From: Campylobacter sp.
Lineage (GTDB): Bacteria > Campylobacterota > Campylobacteria > Campylobacterales > Campylobacteraceae
Direction of reading: 5' to 3'
Assembly (NCBI RefSeq): GCF_030528245.1
Contig: NZ_JAUMZG010000001.1
Coordinates: 9,974-73,973, forward strand
DNA length: 64,000 nt
Below the pieces are notes generated by a model. The model had not been told where the DNA came from, made no database searches, and saw only the letters and a list, made by a program, of their open reading frames with translations. This document shows, piece by piece, positions 21,966 through 33,083 of this stretch. A program made the position numbers and the translations under genes. The first letter of the stretch is position 1, and every line of letters starts with the position of its first letter.

Positions 21966-23449
21966 TGCTGAATGCTTTGATTTTTTTCCCGCTATTCATT
22001 GCCCTTGCGATTTTGCTTTTAGATCATCGCGGGGCGAGGTTTTTTGGGCTTATAGCGAGTTTGGCGATTTTGGGGCTGAATTTTAAAATTTTCCTTGCCT
22101 TTTTGGACGGGGAGCTTTTTGATCACCGCATTTTTTTTAAATTTTTTAGATTTTTCACTTATCATGTCGGCGTGGATGCCATTGCTTTGGTGCTGATGCT
22201 GCTTTGCTCCTTGATGATTTTTCTCACCTTGCTTTTTTTAAGGATAGAGCGAAAGGCCATCATCGCTTCGATTTTTTTCCTGCAATGGACCATGATGGGG
22301 CTTTTTAGCGCTAAGGATGCCTTGCTTTTTTATATTTTTTGGGAGCTTTCTTTGCTGCCCCTCATTTACATTTTGGGCCTTTATGGCGAGAATTTTAAAG
22401 CGGGGATTAAATTTTTCATCTACGCCTTTGCGGGCTCGGTTTTGATGCTTGTAGCGATGATTTGTCAGGCCTATTTGAATTATCAAGTTTTGGGAATTTT
22501 CAGCTTTGATCTGGACCTTTGGAAAAATAATGTCTCCGCCACACCGCTCTCTTGGCAAATTTTACTCTTCGCCCTCTTTTTCGCCGCCTTTGCCATCAAG
22601 GCGCCTTTGTTTCCCCTGCACACTTGGGCGCCAAAGGTTTATGCGCGCTCGCCCATAGTCGTCTCTGTCATGCTTGTAGCCTTTAAGATGGCGCCTTTTG
22701 GTTTTTTGCAGTTTTGTTTGCCCCTTTTCCCCGATGCTAGCGTGTATCTTGCGCCCTTTGTGATGACACTTTGCATAATCAGCGTGCTTTATTGTGCCCT
22801 GATCGCCTTTAGGGCTAGGGATCTCAAGGAGCTCATCGCCTACAGCTCCATCTCCCACATCGGCATCATGGTGCTTGGGATTTTTTCTTTCAGTGGTTTT
22901 GGCATTAGCGGAGCGGTTTTTTATATGTTTGCGCATGGACTGGTGACGGGAGGCTTGTTTTTGATGGCTGAGGTTTTGGAGCAACAATACGGCTCTGTGC
23001 GCCTTGATGACCTGCATTCCCTTGCAAAAAAGGCGCCCGGCTTTAGCATTTTCTTCGCCCTTTTGCTTCTTGCGGGGGTTTCTCTGCCGCTGACCCTTTC
23101 TTTTGTGGGGGAATTTTTAGTCCTTTTGGCCCTGGCTAAGGTGCATCTTCTTTATGCTTTGTTGGCGGGGCTTGTGGTGATTTTGGGCGCGGTTTATATG
23201 CTCGCTGTATTCAGGAAAATTTTCTTCATGCAAACATCAGTACCGCTTAGTGCTTTCAGACTCAAAGCGCGACAAATTCTAGCCCTCTCCCCTATGGTTT
23301 TTTTGATTTTTTATTTGGGCATCGCTCCAAAATTCTTGCTTGAGCCTTTGGAAAATGAAAGCAAAAATTTGCACAAGGTGATGCACTTAAGGGCGATTGA
23401 AAAAGATACTTTGGACTTTTTATCCCAGCTTGGAGCCTACAATGAATGA
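21965..23449 (+). CDS. nuoM: NADH-quinone oxidoreductase subunit M
   Basis: FYIFWE, KAPLFPLHTW, IAYSSISH, FVGEF. Confidence 0.96.
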   Translation: MLNALIFFPLFIALAILLLDHRGARFFGLIASLAILGLNFKIFLAFLDGELFDHRIFFKFFRFFTYHVGVDAIALVLMLLCSLMIFLTLLFLRIERKAIIASIFFLQWTMMGLFSAKDALLFYIFWELSLLPLIYILGLYGENFKAGIKFFIYAFAGSVLMLVAMICQAYLNYQVLGIFSFDLDLWKNNVSATPLSWQILLFALFFAAFAIKAPLFPLHTWAPKVYARSPIVVSVMLVAFKMAPFGFLQFCLPLFPDASVYLAPFVMTLCIISVLYCALIAFRARDLKELIAYSSISHIGIMVLGIFSFSGFGISGAVFYMFAHGLVTGGLFLMAEVLEQQYGSVRLDDLHSLAKKAPGFSIFFALLLLAGVSLPLTLSFVGEFLVLLALAKVHLLYALLAGLVVILGAVYMLAVFRKIFFMQTSVPLSAFRLKARQILALSPMVFLIFYLGIAPKFLLEPLENESKNLHKVMHLRAIEKDTLDFLSQLGAYNE

Positions 23450-24827
23450 ATTTTTCACCCTAACCGATCTGCGTATGGATTTGGCTTATCCTTTTTTATT
23501 TTTAATCCTTGCGGCTCTTGTGCTTTTGCTTTGCGTGGCCTTTTGTAAGCTCAGCTCTAAATTTTATCTTAGTAGCAGTCTTTGGGCCCTGCTTGTGAGC
23601 TTTTTCCTCAGCCTTTCTAATGTCAATGCTTTCGGACTGCAAAGCAGGGCTTTTTTTGGCACTTTAAACAACGACATCGTAGCTTTTTGCGCCATTTGTG
23701 TGATTTTGCTTTTTTCCTTTCTTTATCTTTTGATGGACAAGCAAGAGCACAGGGGCGAATTTTACACGCTTTTTCTCTTCATGATCGCCTCTTTGATGCT
23801 GATGGTTTCAAGCTCAAATTTGGCCCTCATCTTCATAGGACTTGAGGCCTCATCCCTGGCACTTTACACGCTCATCGCGATGCAGGGTAGTAAAAACGCC
23901 ATCTCTTCAGCCCTCAAATATTTCAGCGTAGCGGCGGTGGGGAGTGGGTTTTTCGTCCTAGCCTCCGCTTTGATTTATGCTCAAACGGGCAGTCTTAGCA
24001 TTCGTGTTTTTTTTCACTACGCCGAAGAAAGCATTTTGCTTTCAGGCTCCAAAACGCTCATTTTGGTGCTATGCGCCATCAAGCTTTCTTTAGCGCCCTT
24101 TCATTTTTGGCTGAGGGATGTTTACTACGCTTCAAATTCCAACCTAGCCGCCTTCATCTCAGTCGTGCCAAAGATTGCCATATTGGTCGTTTTGCTGAGA
24201 ATTTTTTCTTTTTACCCACACGGCGCCATCGTCATTTGCGCCCTAGCGATTTTTTCCATGCTGGTCGCTGCCCTTGCCGCCCTCGCCCAAAAGGATGCGA
24301 AAAAAATGCTCGCCTACTCCTCTGTGGTGCAGTCTTCATTGCTTGTCCTTGCTATGGTGCCGATATTTTTGCATGCGGAGTATGTGGAAAAGGGCATAAA
24401 TTCAGCGCTTTTTTTAGTTTTTGGATACTGGGTTTTGTTCGCCTTTGCCAATTACGGACTCTTCCTCATTTTAAGCCTCTTTGAAAAAAGCGATTTCAAC
24501 AGCCTCAACAATCTTTTCGCAAAAAATCCCATCGTAGCTTTCGCTTTGGCCACTTGCGTGCTTTCTTTGGCTGGGGTCGCGCCCTTCGGTTTATTTTGGG
24601 GTAAATTTATGATCTTTCAAACCCTTATTCTTAGTAAGTGGTGGTATTGTGCGCTTGTTGTGGCTTTGACCTCTGTGCTGATGCTCGGTAGTTATTTGAG
24701 GCTTATCATTCATGGTTTTTTTGTGAAGAGCGAGGCGAATTTTACCCTCAAGCTTCACCCGAGGCAAAAATTTGTCCTCATTGTTTGTGTTTTGGTAAAT
24801 ATTTTCGCCCTGTTATTAATGCTATAA
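23442..24827 (+). CDS. nuoN: NADH-quinone oxidoreductase subunit N
   Basis: LEASSLALY, KLSLAPFHFW, MLAYSS, SLAGVAP; start at MNEFF. Confidence 0.95.
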   Translation: MNEFFTLTDLRMDLAYPFLFLILAALVLLLCVAFCKLSSKFYLSSSLWALLVSFFLSLSNVNAFGLQSRAFFGTLNNDIVAFCAICVILLFSFLYLLMDKQEHRGEFYTLFLFMIASLMLMVSSSNLALIFIGLEASSLALYTLIAMQGSKNAISSALKYFSVAAVGSGFFVLASALIYAQTGSLSIRVFFHYAEESILLSGSKTLILVLCAIKLSLAPFHFWLRDVYYASNSNLAAFISVVPKIAILVVLLRIFSFYPHGAIVICALAIFSMLVAALAALAQKDAKKMLAYSSVVQSSLLVLAMVPIFLHAEYVEKGINSALFLVFGYWVLFAFANYGLFLILSLFEKSDFNSLNNLFAKNPIVAFALATCVLSLAGVAPFGLFWGKFMIFQTLILSKWWYCALVVALTSVLMLGSYLRLIIHGFFVKSEANFTLKLHPRQKFVLIVCVLVNIFALLLML

Positions 24828-24851
24828 AAGTGTTTTGTTATCATTGAGTTT

Positions 24852-27221
24852 ATGAAAGTCATCCCTTTTATCCTACTCAGTTTTTCTTATCTTTTTGGTT
24901 TCGAGCTTGTTTTAAACGCAGGACGCGAGGCGAATGAGCCTTTCAGCGTTTTGCATGCTAAAAATGACGAGCCCTTTATTTGTGCGCAAAAAGAAAGCGA
25001 CAACAAGCCCTATTTTGAATGCGAAATCAACGGCATGGTTACCAACACGCTAAAAGATCAGTCCTTTGCCCTTTTTGACCTCCGTTTTCTTAAAGAACCT
25101 CAAAAAATCAAAATGCTCATCCTCCCCAAAAGTGCGGCTAAAATGTTTGATTTGTCTCAGGATATCTACAAGGATAAAGAGCTTGAGGCCTCCAGCTCAC
25201 ACCAATCAAAGGGCTTCACCTTTATCTTTTCTTCCCAGCTTGGCAGGGAGGATGAGGGGGATGGCCTGAATTTTAATGTCATTTTCCCGCACGAAACCCT
25301 GCCCTTCGTGGGGGCGCTTGATCTAAACTCAGATCCTGTCATCATCCCGCAAAGCGCGGACATTAACACCTACCTGCGCATCAAAAGAGAATACGAAAAG
25401 CACAATTATCCTCAGGTTGTTACGGATGCGCAAAATGCCATCACGCGCTACAAGGGCAGTATTTTCATGAGTGAGTTCATCCTCTACAAACTCAGAGCGC
25501 AAAATGAAATTCACACAGCCGACCCCAGCATCAGGGATCAAAAAATTTTAGAAAACATGATCGATGAGCTCAAGCACTACACCAGAACCTTCACCAGCGA
25601 TAGAAATTACGCCGAGGTGCTCTACATGATGCTGAGGACTTACATCGCCCTCTCGCAAAGGGCGGATGTGGACTACACGATGTCGATTTTGAATAATGAA
25701 TTCGTGCGCAATGATTTCACCCAGCTTGCACGGCTTGAATATGCCGATTATATTTATCACCTCAATGAAAAAGAGGCGGCGGTTTTGATTTATGAGGATA
25801 TTTATTTCAATACGAAGGATTTGAATTTAGCCTCCAGAGCGGCCTTGTCCCTAGCCAAAGATGAGCTCCTTAATGAAAATCCCAGCGAGGCTGTGGAATT
25901 TGTCAACACGGTTTTGAGAGCCAATGGCGATTATTTTGGAGAGGATATAACGAAGGCTTTGGAGCTGGCCAAACTTTTCGACAAGCATCATGATGTCCAC
26001 ACCAGCTCTCAAATTTATGAAAGAGCCTTTTTGAAAATGCCAAAAATTGACGAGCGCTATGAGGAGACCTTGAAAAATGTAGCCCTCACTCTGGCCCAAG
26101 ACGGCAAGGCGCAGCAGGCGAAGAAGTATATCGATTTATATTTGAACGAATTTCATGATGGTAATTATTTGGATGCCCTCAAAAAGGCGAACGATGAGGT
26201 GTTTTTTTATGTCGGGGAAAATAATGCCACCCTTTTGCACGAGCGCTATCAAAGCCTGATGAAGGACTACAAAGACACGGATGAAAAGCTTGCAAACCGG
26301 GCCCTAGAGGAGGATGTGAAGCTGTATTTTAAGGAGCAAAATTTCCCCGCGATCTTAGCTTATAAGGCGCAGATTGAGGAGGGTAAGATCCCTGCAGCGC
26401 TCAAGCTTTTGGAGCAGTCTGCGACCCTAGCCTTGAAGGAGGAGCTAAAAGCCGATGAGTGCATCAAAGCGGTGAAAACTTTCAATGAATTTAGCGCCTA
26501 TGCGATCGGACAAAAAATCGAGGATAAAAAGCAAATGCTATCGTGCCTGCAAAGGACCTCGCACAATCAGCAGGCCCTAGAATACATCGACAAAAATATG
26601 CCAGAAGATGAGATTTTTTATAGCTTAAAAAAAGCTGAAATTCTGCTGGAAAATAAGCAATACCCTAAGGTTATAAGCCTTTCCAAGCACATCATTGCCT
26701 CAAAGATACTCAAAGAAGAAGCAGAAAATTTCAGGGCCTATTATCTGCAGTTTATCGCGCTTTTGCGTCAGGGCGAGTACAATGAGGCGATTAAAATTTT
26801 GCAAATTTTAGAAGGCTTTCCCATGAATTTTACTATGGTGGAGGCTTATGACGCTCTGGTTTCTTACGCGCAAGATCACAAAATGACGACCAGTATTTTA
26901 AATTATGCGCCCAAGGCTATTGATTATCAAAATTTCAAGGGCATCAATCTTTTCAGCCCGAATTTAGAATTTATCTATCTCGAAGCCCTGCAAAACACAG
27001 CCCAGCACGAAAAAGGACTGGAGCTTTTAAGGGACCTGCTAAAGCTCAAGCAGCTCTCCACGGGCGACAGGGCGCGCGCCCTTTATGCTCAAAGTCAAAT
27101 TTATGAAAGCCTCAAAGACACTCAGGCGCAAAGGAAAAGCCTTGAGGAGTGCCTGAAACTGGGAGAAAATTCTACTTGGCAGGATTTGTGCAGGGAAAAA
27201 AACGCTCTTTTATCACAGTGA
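24852..27221 (+). CDS. pflA: Paralysed flagellum protein PflA (periplasmic TPR scaffold)
   Basis: Signal peptide, PFVGALDLNSDP, long TPR-like helical region, 789 aa; directly after nuoN as in C. jejuni. Confidence 0.85.
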   Translation: MKVIPFILLSFSYLFGFELVLNAGREANEPFSVLHAKNDEPFICAQKESDNKPYFECEINGMVTNTLKDQSFALFDLRFLKEPQKIKMLILPKSAAKMFDLSQDIYKDKELEASSSHQSKGFTFIFSSQLGREDEGDGLNFNVIFPHETLPFVGALDLNSDPVIIPQSADINTYLRIKREYEKHNYPQVVTDAQNAITRYKGSIFMSEFILYKLRAQNEIHTADPSIRDQKILENMIDELKHYTRTFTSDRNYAEVLYMMLRTYIALSQRADVDYTMSILNNEFVRNDFTQLARLEYADYIYHLNEKEAAVLIYEDIYFNTKDLNLASRAALSLAKDELLNENPSEAVEFVNTVLRANGDYFGEDITKALELAKLFDKHHDVHTSSQIYERAFLKMPKIDERYEETLKNVALTLAQDGKAQQAKKYIDLYLNEFHDGNYLDALKKANDEVFFYVGENNATLLHERYQSLMKDYKDTDEKLANRALEEDVKLYFKEQNFPAILAYKAQIEEGKIPAALKLLEQSATLALKEELKADECIKAVKTFNEFSAYAIGQKIEDKKQMLSCLQRTSHNQQALEYIDKNMPEDEIFYSLKKAEILLENKQYPKVISLSKHIIASKILKEEAENFRAYYLQFIALLRQGEYNEAIKILQILEGFPMNFTMVEAYDALVSYAQDHKMTTSILNYAPKAIDYQNFKGINLFSPNLEFIYLEALQNTAQHEKGLELLRDLLKLKQLSTGDRARALYAQSQIYESLKDTQAQRKSLEECLKLGENSTWQDLCREKNALLSQ

Positions 27222-28139
27222 GCCAAAAAAATCCTCGATCATCATCCGCATTTGATCGGCATCATTGATGCGATTTATGGCATCTCTAAAAACCGAAGCG
27301 TCCTTTTGCCCTCTGGAGTATTCGTGCAGATGCTTTCTAAAAATTCCCACCCCAGAATTCCCATAATGGCGCATCATCTCCTCAAAATGGCTCAGGATGA
27401 TGGTTTTTTTCAGCGCCCCATCCACACTCTCGCCCCTTTTAATCTCATAAAAAATCCAAGGCCGCCCCACGCTAGCCCTGCCTATCATCAAACCATCGCA
27501 AGCGGTGATTTTATAAACCTCATCCGCGTTAGTAGCATCGATGTCCCCGTTGGCGATGACGGGGATACTCACGCAGGCCTTCGCCCTAGCGATCGCCTCA
27601 TAATCAGCCCTTCCGCTGTAAAGCTGCTTCCTCGTGCGTCCGTGTATGCTGACAAAATCCACCCCCAGCTCCTCGCAAATTTTGGCGATTTTTTCGGGAT
27701 ATTTTTCGTTAAAGCCCAAACGAAATTTCACGCTCGTCAAGGGCTTTTTGTTGTATTTTTTGAGGGTGAAAATGAGTTTTTTAAAAAGCTCTAAATTTTC
27801 AAGCAAAGCACTGCCAGCGCACTGCTTGAGGACCTTATTGACCGGGCAGCCGCAGTTGAAATCGATCCCATCAATAAAATCAAAATCATTCAGCATCAAA
27901 ACCGCCCTTTTGACGACCTCCTCATCACCCCCTGCGATTTGGACGATGTAGGGCTTTTCAAGCTCCGCTTTTTCCAGCATTTGCAGGGTTTTAGCGCTCT
28001 CATAAACGAGGGCGTTGGAGCTTATCATCTCACTCACCGTTACATCCGCGCCAAATTTCTTCACCACATTGCGAAAGGGCCGGTCCGAAAAACCCGCCAT
28101 CGGGGCTAAAAACAGGGGCTTTTTGTTAAAATTTATCAT
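27213..28139 (-). CDS. dusB: tRNA-dihydrouridine synthase
   Basis: LAPMAG, NCGCP, SVKFR, HGRT, ANGD, MIGR. Confidence 0.92.
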   Translation of the reverse strand: MINFNKKPLFLAPMAGFSDRPFRNVVKKFGADVTVSEMISSNALVYESAKTLQMLEKAELEKPYIVQIAGGDEEVVKRAVLMLNDFDFIDGIDFNCGCPVNKVLKQCAGSALLENLELFKKLIFTLKKYNKKPLTSVKFRLGFNEKYPEKIAKICEELGVDFVSIHGRTRKQLYSGRADYEAIARAKACVSIPVIANGDIDATNADEVYKITACDGLMIGRASVGRPWIFYEIKRGESVDGALKKTIILSHFEEMMRHYGNSGVGIFRKHLHEYSRGQKDASVFRDAINRINDADQMRMMIEDFFGSL

Positions 28140-29125
28140 TGGATGAGATGATCGGGTTTGATTTTGATATTTTTCTCCCGCAAAAGTAGCAGGGCCTTAA
28201 AGGGGGTGAAATCCTCATCTGCGTTTCTTATTTGATTTTCAAGCTCCTCATACATGGAAAACTCAGCCAACAAATACAAATAGCCCTTCAAGGCTTCGTT
28301 ATTTTGGCTTTTAATCTTTAAAAAAATGTTGAGGATGGCATCGGGGGTAAAAAAATTCACGCTCATCTTAGCGAGGCTCAAATACTCCGCTTCGTTAAAA
28401 CGAGTCTGCAAAATCAAAACCTCAAATTCGCTCAAAGAAAGCTCCAAATCCCCCCTTTGAAAGCGGGCGATGAGGCTTAAAATTTGCTGGGGATTTTTTG
28501 CGATTTTGATGGATTTAATCTGCTCATAAGTGCCCTTTTCTAGCACATTCTCAAAGGCAAGATCCTCCAAATCATCGTTGATTTGATGGACATTTTTCAA
28601 ACGAGCATGGGCGTGATTCACATCGTTTTTGATGCGATTTTTTTCATTTTGGATGGATAAAATGTTCTTCGCCTCAAGCTTAAATTTGCCAAGATTTAGC
28701 ACCTCCCCCCGCCTTAGGCCATCGAGCAAATCAAAAATTTCATTGATCTTGGGGTGATCGGGAAGTTTTTGCTGGGTCCTCAAGCTCCTGCTCAGCTCGC
28801 CAACCTGCTTGAATTCTTTGGTTTGAAAGGCAATTTTGGGATTTTTTTCCAAGAGTAAATCCTTCGTAAAATCTTCAAATTTTTTCGCATCCTTAAAAAA
28901 ATGCTTGAATTTGAGATGGTTCAAAAAACTATAAAAACTCAAATGCAAAAGGGCAAACACAAAATAAAGCGCAAGGGGCGCAAGCATCCAAACCACCACA
29001 GGAAGCTTGACATCGATAGCTCCCAAAACCAGCTGATAATCGCCCAAGTCCAAGTAAAAAACACAGGCCGCCGCCACCAAAGCACCATAAATCAAGCTCG
29101 CCACAATGAACAATCTGATCCTCAT
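28136..29125 (-). CDS. Conserved membrane-anchored protein (Cj0124c-like)
   Basis: Two N-terminal TMs; AGGAAGG RBS before MRIRLF; syntenic between dksA and dus. Confidence 0.75.
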   Translation of the reverse strand: MRIRLFIVASLIYGALVAAACVFYLDLGDYQLVLGAIDVKLPVVVWMLAPLALYFVFALLHLSFYSFLNHLKFKHFFKDAKKFEDFTKDLLLEKNPKIAFQTKEFKQVGELSRSLRTQQKLPDHPKINEIFDLLDGLRRGEVLNLGKFKLEAKNILSIQNEKNRIKNDVNHAHARLKNVHQINDDLEDLAFENVLEKGTYEQIKSIKIAKNPQQILSLIARFQRGDLELSLSEFEVLILQTRFNEAEYLSLAKMSVNFFTPDAILNIFLKIKSQNNEALKGYLYLLAEFSMYEELENQIRNADEDFTPFKALLLLREKNIKIKPDHLIQ

Positions 29126-29475
29126 ACCTTCCTCCCTTCTAAACTTTGCCTGCATGCGAAACAATACCTTGCGTGGGGCTTGATTTTAAGCCGCTTGATG
29201 TCGATAAATTCATCACAAGCCTCACAGATACCATAAAGGCCCTGGGTGATTTTTTGAAGCGATTCTTCGATGTCTTTTAGCTCTTGTTTGAGGTTGGCGC
29301 TGATGGCAAGATCGATTTGCGAATTGCTTTCTATGACTGAAAAATCCACACTATCGCTGGGCGCTGAGTTGTGCAGGGCCTTGATTTCCTCAAAATTATT
29401 CTGCAAATTGTCCAAAATAATCTTTCTTCTATCCCTCAAAAATTTTTCAAAAAAGTCAAATTCCTTTTTTTTCAT
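29122..29475 (-). CDS. dksA: RNA polymerase-binding protein DksA
   Basis: DxxD (DSVD) coiled-coil tip; C4 zinc finger YGICEAC...RL...PHARYCFAC. Confidence 0.93.
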   Translation of the reverse strand: MKKKEFDFFEKFLRDRRKIILDNLQNNFEEIKALHNSAPSDSVDFSVIESNSQIDLAISANLKQELKDIEESLQKITQGLYGICEACDEFIDIKRLKIKPHARYCFACRQSLEGRKV

Positions 29476-29482
29476 AAAAATC

Positions 29483-29932
29483 CTACTTATGATACGGATG
29501 ATTGTGCTGCAAACAAAAGGCACGGTAAAGCTGCTCGAGCAAAAGCACTCGCGCAAAATGATGCGTCAGGGTGAGGCGACTGAGGGCGAGACTGAGGTCA
29601 AATTTTTTCACAAATTCCGCGCCCAAGCCATAGGCCCCGCCGATGAAAAAGCTCAGCCCGCCCCTATCTGCGATCAGTCTTGAAAATTCCACACTCGAAA
29701 ACTCCCTACCGCCCTCATCAAGCACGATACAAAAGCCCTTTTTGTAGGGCATGAAGGCCTCTTCGTAGCTTTTTTGTGCCTCATTGGCGCCTTGACTTTG
29801 CGCGGCGGCGATCTTTTTGCTGAAGAGATTTTTTTCTCTCAGCTGGGCGTATTTTGCGAGGAGTTTTGCGTATTTTTCGCTCAAAAAGGGCAATTCATCG
29901 CTTTTTTGGATGTAAAAAATATGTATCCGCAA
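29483..29932 (-). CDS. rlmH: 23S rRNA (pseudouridine1915-N3)-methyltransferase
   Basis: [24 protein letters not shown]; TTG start at 29932. Confidence 0.95.
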   Translation of the reverse strand: MRIHIFYIQKSDELPFLSEKYAKLLAKYAQLREKNLFSKKIAAAQSQGANEAQKSYEEAFMPYKKGFCIVLDEGGREFSSVEFSRLIADRGGLSFFIGGAYGLGAEFVKKFDLSLALSRLTLTHHFARVLLLEQLYRAFCLQHNHPYHK

Positions 29933-29933
29933 T

Positions 29934-30776
29934 TTATTTTCCGCTAAAAAATTTAAAGGCATCGCTGATAAATTTTTTCTGCTCACCGCGCTCAACAATC
30001 GCATCGATAAGCCCGTGCTCGAGTAAAAATTCCGCCCTTTGAAAGCCCTCAGGCAAATCCGCCCCTATGGTTTGCTTGATGACCCTAGCGCCCGCAAAAC
30101 CCACCAATGCGCCCGGCTCTGCGATGATCAAATCCCCAAGCCACGCAAAAGACGCCGAAACTCCCCCCATAGTAGGGTCTGTCAAAACGCTGATGTAGGG
30201 CAATTTTTCCTTGCTCAGTAGCTTCAGGGCCGCGCTCGTTTTGCTCATCTGCATGAGCGAGTAGGTGCTCTCCTGCATCCTCGCGCCCCCGCTAGCGCTG
30301 ACGATGAGCAGGGGGGTTTTGCCGCTGATGGCCCTTTGCACGGCGCGGACGATTTTTTCGCCCTCCACCGAGCCCAAACTCCCACCCATGAAGGCAAAGT
30401 CAAAAACCACAAGCTGAATTTTTAGCCCGTCCATCTCGCACTCCCCGCTGATGAGGGCACTTTTTCTGCCCGTTTTATGCTCCCCCTCAAGCAGGCGTTT
30501 TTTGTAGGACTTGCTATCTACGAATTTGAGCGGATCGACGGCTTCCAAATTTTTATCATACTCCGTAAAACTCCCCTCATCGCTCAAAAGCTTGATGCGA
30601 TCCAGGGGCGAAATTCTCATGTGATGGGAGCATTTTGGGCAGACATTGAAGCAAAACTCGATTTCTTTATAATACATCAAAGCGTGGCAGCTTTGGCATT
30701 TGACCCAGTGGTTGGGCGCTTCGGCGGGGCTTGATTGCTTTTTTCTGATCTTGGAAAAAATGTCTGCAAAATTCAT
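29934..30776 (-). CDS. accD: Acetyl-CoA carboxylase carboxyltransferase beta subunit
   Basis: WVKC..C zinc finger, [23 protein letters not shown]. Confidence 0.97.
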   Translation of the reverse strand: MNFADIFSKIRKKQSSPAEAPNHWVKCQSCHALMYYKEIEFCFNVCPKCSHHMRISPLDRIKLLSDEGSFTEYDKNLEAVDPLKFVDSKSYKKRLLEGEHKTGRKSALISGECEMDGLKIQLVVFDFAFMGGSLGSVEGEKIVRAVQRAISGKTPLLIVSASGGARMQESTYSLMQMSKTSAALKLLSKEKLPYISVLTDPTMGGVSASFAWLGDLIIAEPGALVGFAGARVIKQTIGADLPEGFQRAEFLLEHGLIDAIVERGEQKKFISDAFKFFSGK

Positions 30777-30785
30777 GCCCACCCC

Positions 30786-33002
30786 TTAAAATCGTGTCCC
30801 AAGACTGAACTCAAACGAATTCGTATCATCGCCCTTTTTGTCGTTGAGGGGCTTGGCGAAAACAAGCTGCAAAGGTCCTATGGGCGTTATCCACTCCACC
30901 CCAAGCCCCGTGCTCATCCTTTGAATTTCGTCCAAATTCTTTTTGCCGATCATCCCGTAGTCGAAAAACATACTCCCGCGCAGCTTGATCCTGTCGATTA
31001 AGGGAAAACTAAGCTCGGCAGAATTTGCAAAGGCGATTTTCCCGCCTATCTCGTCATCATACTCGTTTTTAGGGCTCACGGTGCGATTTTCAAAACCACG
31101 AATGGAGCGAATCCCCCCCAAAAAAATCCTCTCATTTATCGGCAAATATCCCCTATCCCAAACCTTATAAAAACTCGCCTTATAGCGATAAATCAAATCG
31201 TATCCTATGTAATCCTCCAGTCCCTGATAAAAATTGAATTTAGAATTGGAGTATAAAAATTTCTGATCCCCGCCAAGCCCTGCAAATTCTAGGCTAGTGG
31301 AGGCGATGACGCCTGAGCGTGGCAAGTAATAGTCATCGGTATTATTGAAGCTAAGGGCTGGAGTGATGGAGCTTTTAATGCTCTCTCCCAGTTGATAGCC
31401 CGTTCTCTTCAGGGTCTCACTCAGGGAGTAAATGTCGCTTTGCTCTAAATTGTAGGTGATGTTGGCGTTGAAATACCTTGCAAACTGCCTTCCCAGCGTG
31501 ATTTCAAAGCCGTAGTTTTTCTCAGAATAATCATTCCAATCGTAATCGCTAGAGTAAAGCACCCCCCCCAAACTGTAAGCGCTGTCTAAAATTCTAGGAT
31601 TTTCAAGGCTGATCCTACCCGATAAGGTATCATCGTCCTTATCCACGCTCACGGAGCTTTTAAGGCCTGAGCCGAAAATATTGCTATCAGAAAGCGAGGC
31701 GTTGAGGAGTAGGCCGCCGCTTGAGCTGTAGCCTATCCCGCCAGAAATTGAGCCCGTGGAGGCTTCTTTCACCTCGACGATCAAATCCATATGCGTATCA
31801 TCAACCCTCTCCTCCCTGATGTCGACATCTTCAAAATAGGAGGTTCGCTTGAGGGCGTTGATGGACTCTATGAGGTCGGTGCGGTGGTAAAGATTGCCCT
31901 CGGTGAGGAAGAGCTCCCTGCGCACCACCCTATCCACAGTGCGCAAATTCCCAGAGATGATGACATTCCTGATGGTAACCTTTTCATTCGGGATAACCCT
32001 AAAAACGACATCGGCCTCCTGCGTTTGGCTATTTTTTTGGATGTCGGGGATAACCTCCACGAAGGCATAGCCCAAATCCGCAATCTGCGTTTCTATGCTT
32101 TTGATGTCCCTCCTAACCTTCTCTATATTGATGATGTCGCCGACCTCTGATTTTAAATCACTCACAATTTCCTCATTAGCCTCTGCGTCAAAAAGAGGAT
32201 TTTCAATGCTGATATTCGTGATTTTATAGGGCTGCCCCTCTTTGATAACATAGGTCAAATCCGCCCTGTAAGAGTCGGTATAGGCCTTAAGCTGTGGCGG
32301 GGACACTTGCACATCCAAATACCCCCGCTTCATATATTCATCGCTTATTCTCGAGCGGTCATTATCAAGCTCAAAAATTTTCAGTTTGCCATCATTGCGC
32401 CCCCACATCCAGCCCATAAATTCCTGCTCTTTGTTGACAATGGCAGGCTCGATGTCCGCGTAGGAAAATTTCTCCCCCCCACTAAGATGGACGCTATCGA
32501 TGATGATATTTTCACCGCGATTGACGATAAATTCAAGCTCCAAGCCCTCAGTGTTTTCAAGATTTTTTTGCTCGGTCTCAACCACAGTGTCAAAATAGCT
32601 CTTCGCCTCGTAGTAGCCCCTGATCCTCTCCTTAGCCTCCCTTATCGTCGCCTCATCAAGCAGGGCCCCCCTCCTGATGCCTAAAATCCCCTCAATGTGC
32701 TTTCTGTCGTTGGAGGCTATGCCCTTGATCGTGATTTTAGCAATGCTTGGCTTTTCGCTGAGATTGAAAGATAAAATTCCATCGTTTTCTTCCACAACGA
32801 TGTTTTTAAAATAATTTTGCCTATAAAGGTTCAAAATCGCCGCGTTGATCTTGGCCGCATCGATCTCTTCGCCGACCTTGAGACCGCTAAGCCTCAGCGC
32901 CGTCTCGTAAGAAAGATGCTGCAGTCCGTTGAATTTTATTTCCTTGATGTGTGCCGCATTTAAAAGTGAGCAAAATGCGCAAATGCTCATAACTTTCTTC
33001 AT
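30786..33002 (-). CDS. bamA: Outer membrane protein assembly factor BamA
   Basis: POTRA repeats, IRGF motif, TPIGPL, terminal FSLGTRF. Confidence 0.96.
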   Translation of the reverse strand: MKKVMSICAFCSLLNAAHIKEIKFNGLQHLSYETALRLSGLKVGEEIDAAKINAAILNLYRQNYFKNIVVEENDGILSFNLSEKPSIAKITIKGIASNDRKHIEGILGIRRGALLDEATIREAKERIRGYYEAKSYFDTVVETEQKNLENTEGLELEFIVNRGENIIIDSVHLSGGEKFSYADIEPAIVNKEQEFMGWMWGRNDGKLKIFELDNDRSRISDEYMKRGYLDVQVSPPQLKAYTDSYRADLTYVIKEGQPYKITNISIENPLFDAEANEEIVSDLKSEVGDIINIEKVRRDIKSIETQIADLGYAFVEVIPDIQKNSQTQEADVVFRVIPNEKVTIRNVIISGNLRTVDRVVRRELFLTEGNLYHRTDLIESINALKRTSYFEDVDIREERVDDTHMDLIVEVKEASTGSISGGIGYSSSGGLLLNASLSDSNIFGSGLKSSVSVDKDDDTLSGRISLENPRILDSAYSLGGVLYSSDYDWNDYSEKNYGFEITLGRQFARYFNANITYNLEQSDIYSLSETLKRTGYQLGESIKSSITPALSFNNTDDYYLPRSGVIASTSLEFAGLGGDQKFLYSNSKFNFYQGLEDYIGYDLIYRYKASFYKVWDRGYLPINERIFLGGIRSIRGFENRTVSPKNEYDDEIGGKIAFANSAELSFPLIDRIKLRGSMFFDYGMIGKKNLDEIQRMSTGLGVEWITPIGPLQLVFAKPLNDKKGDDTNSFEFSLGTRF

Positions 33003-33083
33003 AAATTTTCACCTAAGAGCGTTGATTGAATGTTTTGTATAATAACCGAAAATATTTAATGATTCACATTTTTAGGATGGACG

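Noticed and set aside
27252-27794. Long antisense and alternate-frame ORFs (this one, 38932-39471, 5796-6296, 13466-13939 and others)
   Set aside because: They overlap well-supported genes, lack motifs and RBSs, and are expected from GC-rich third codon positions.
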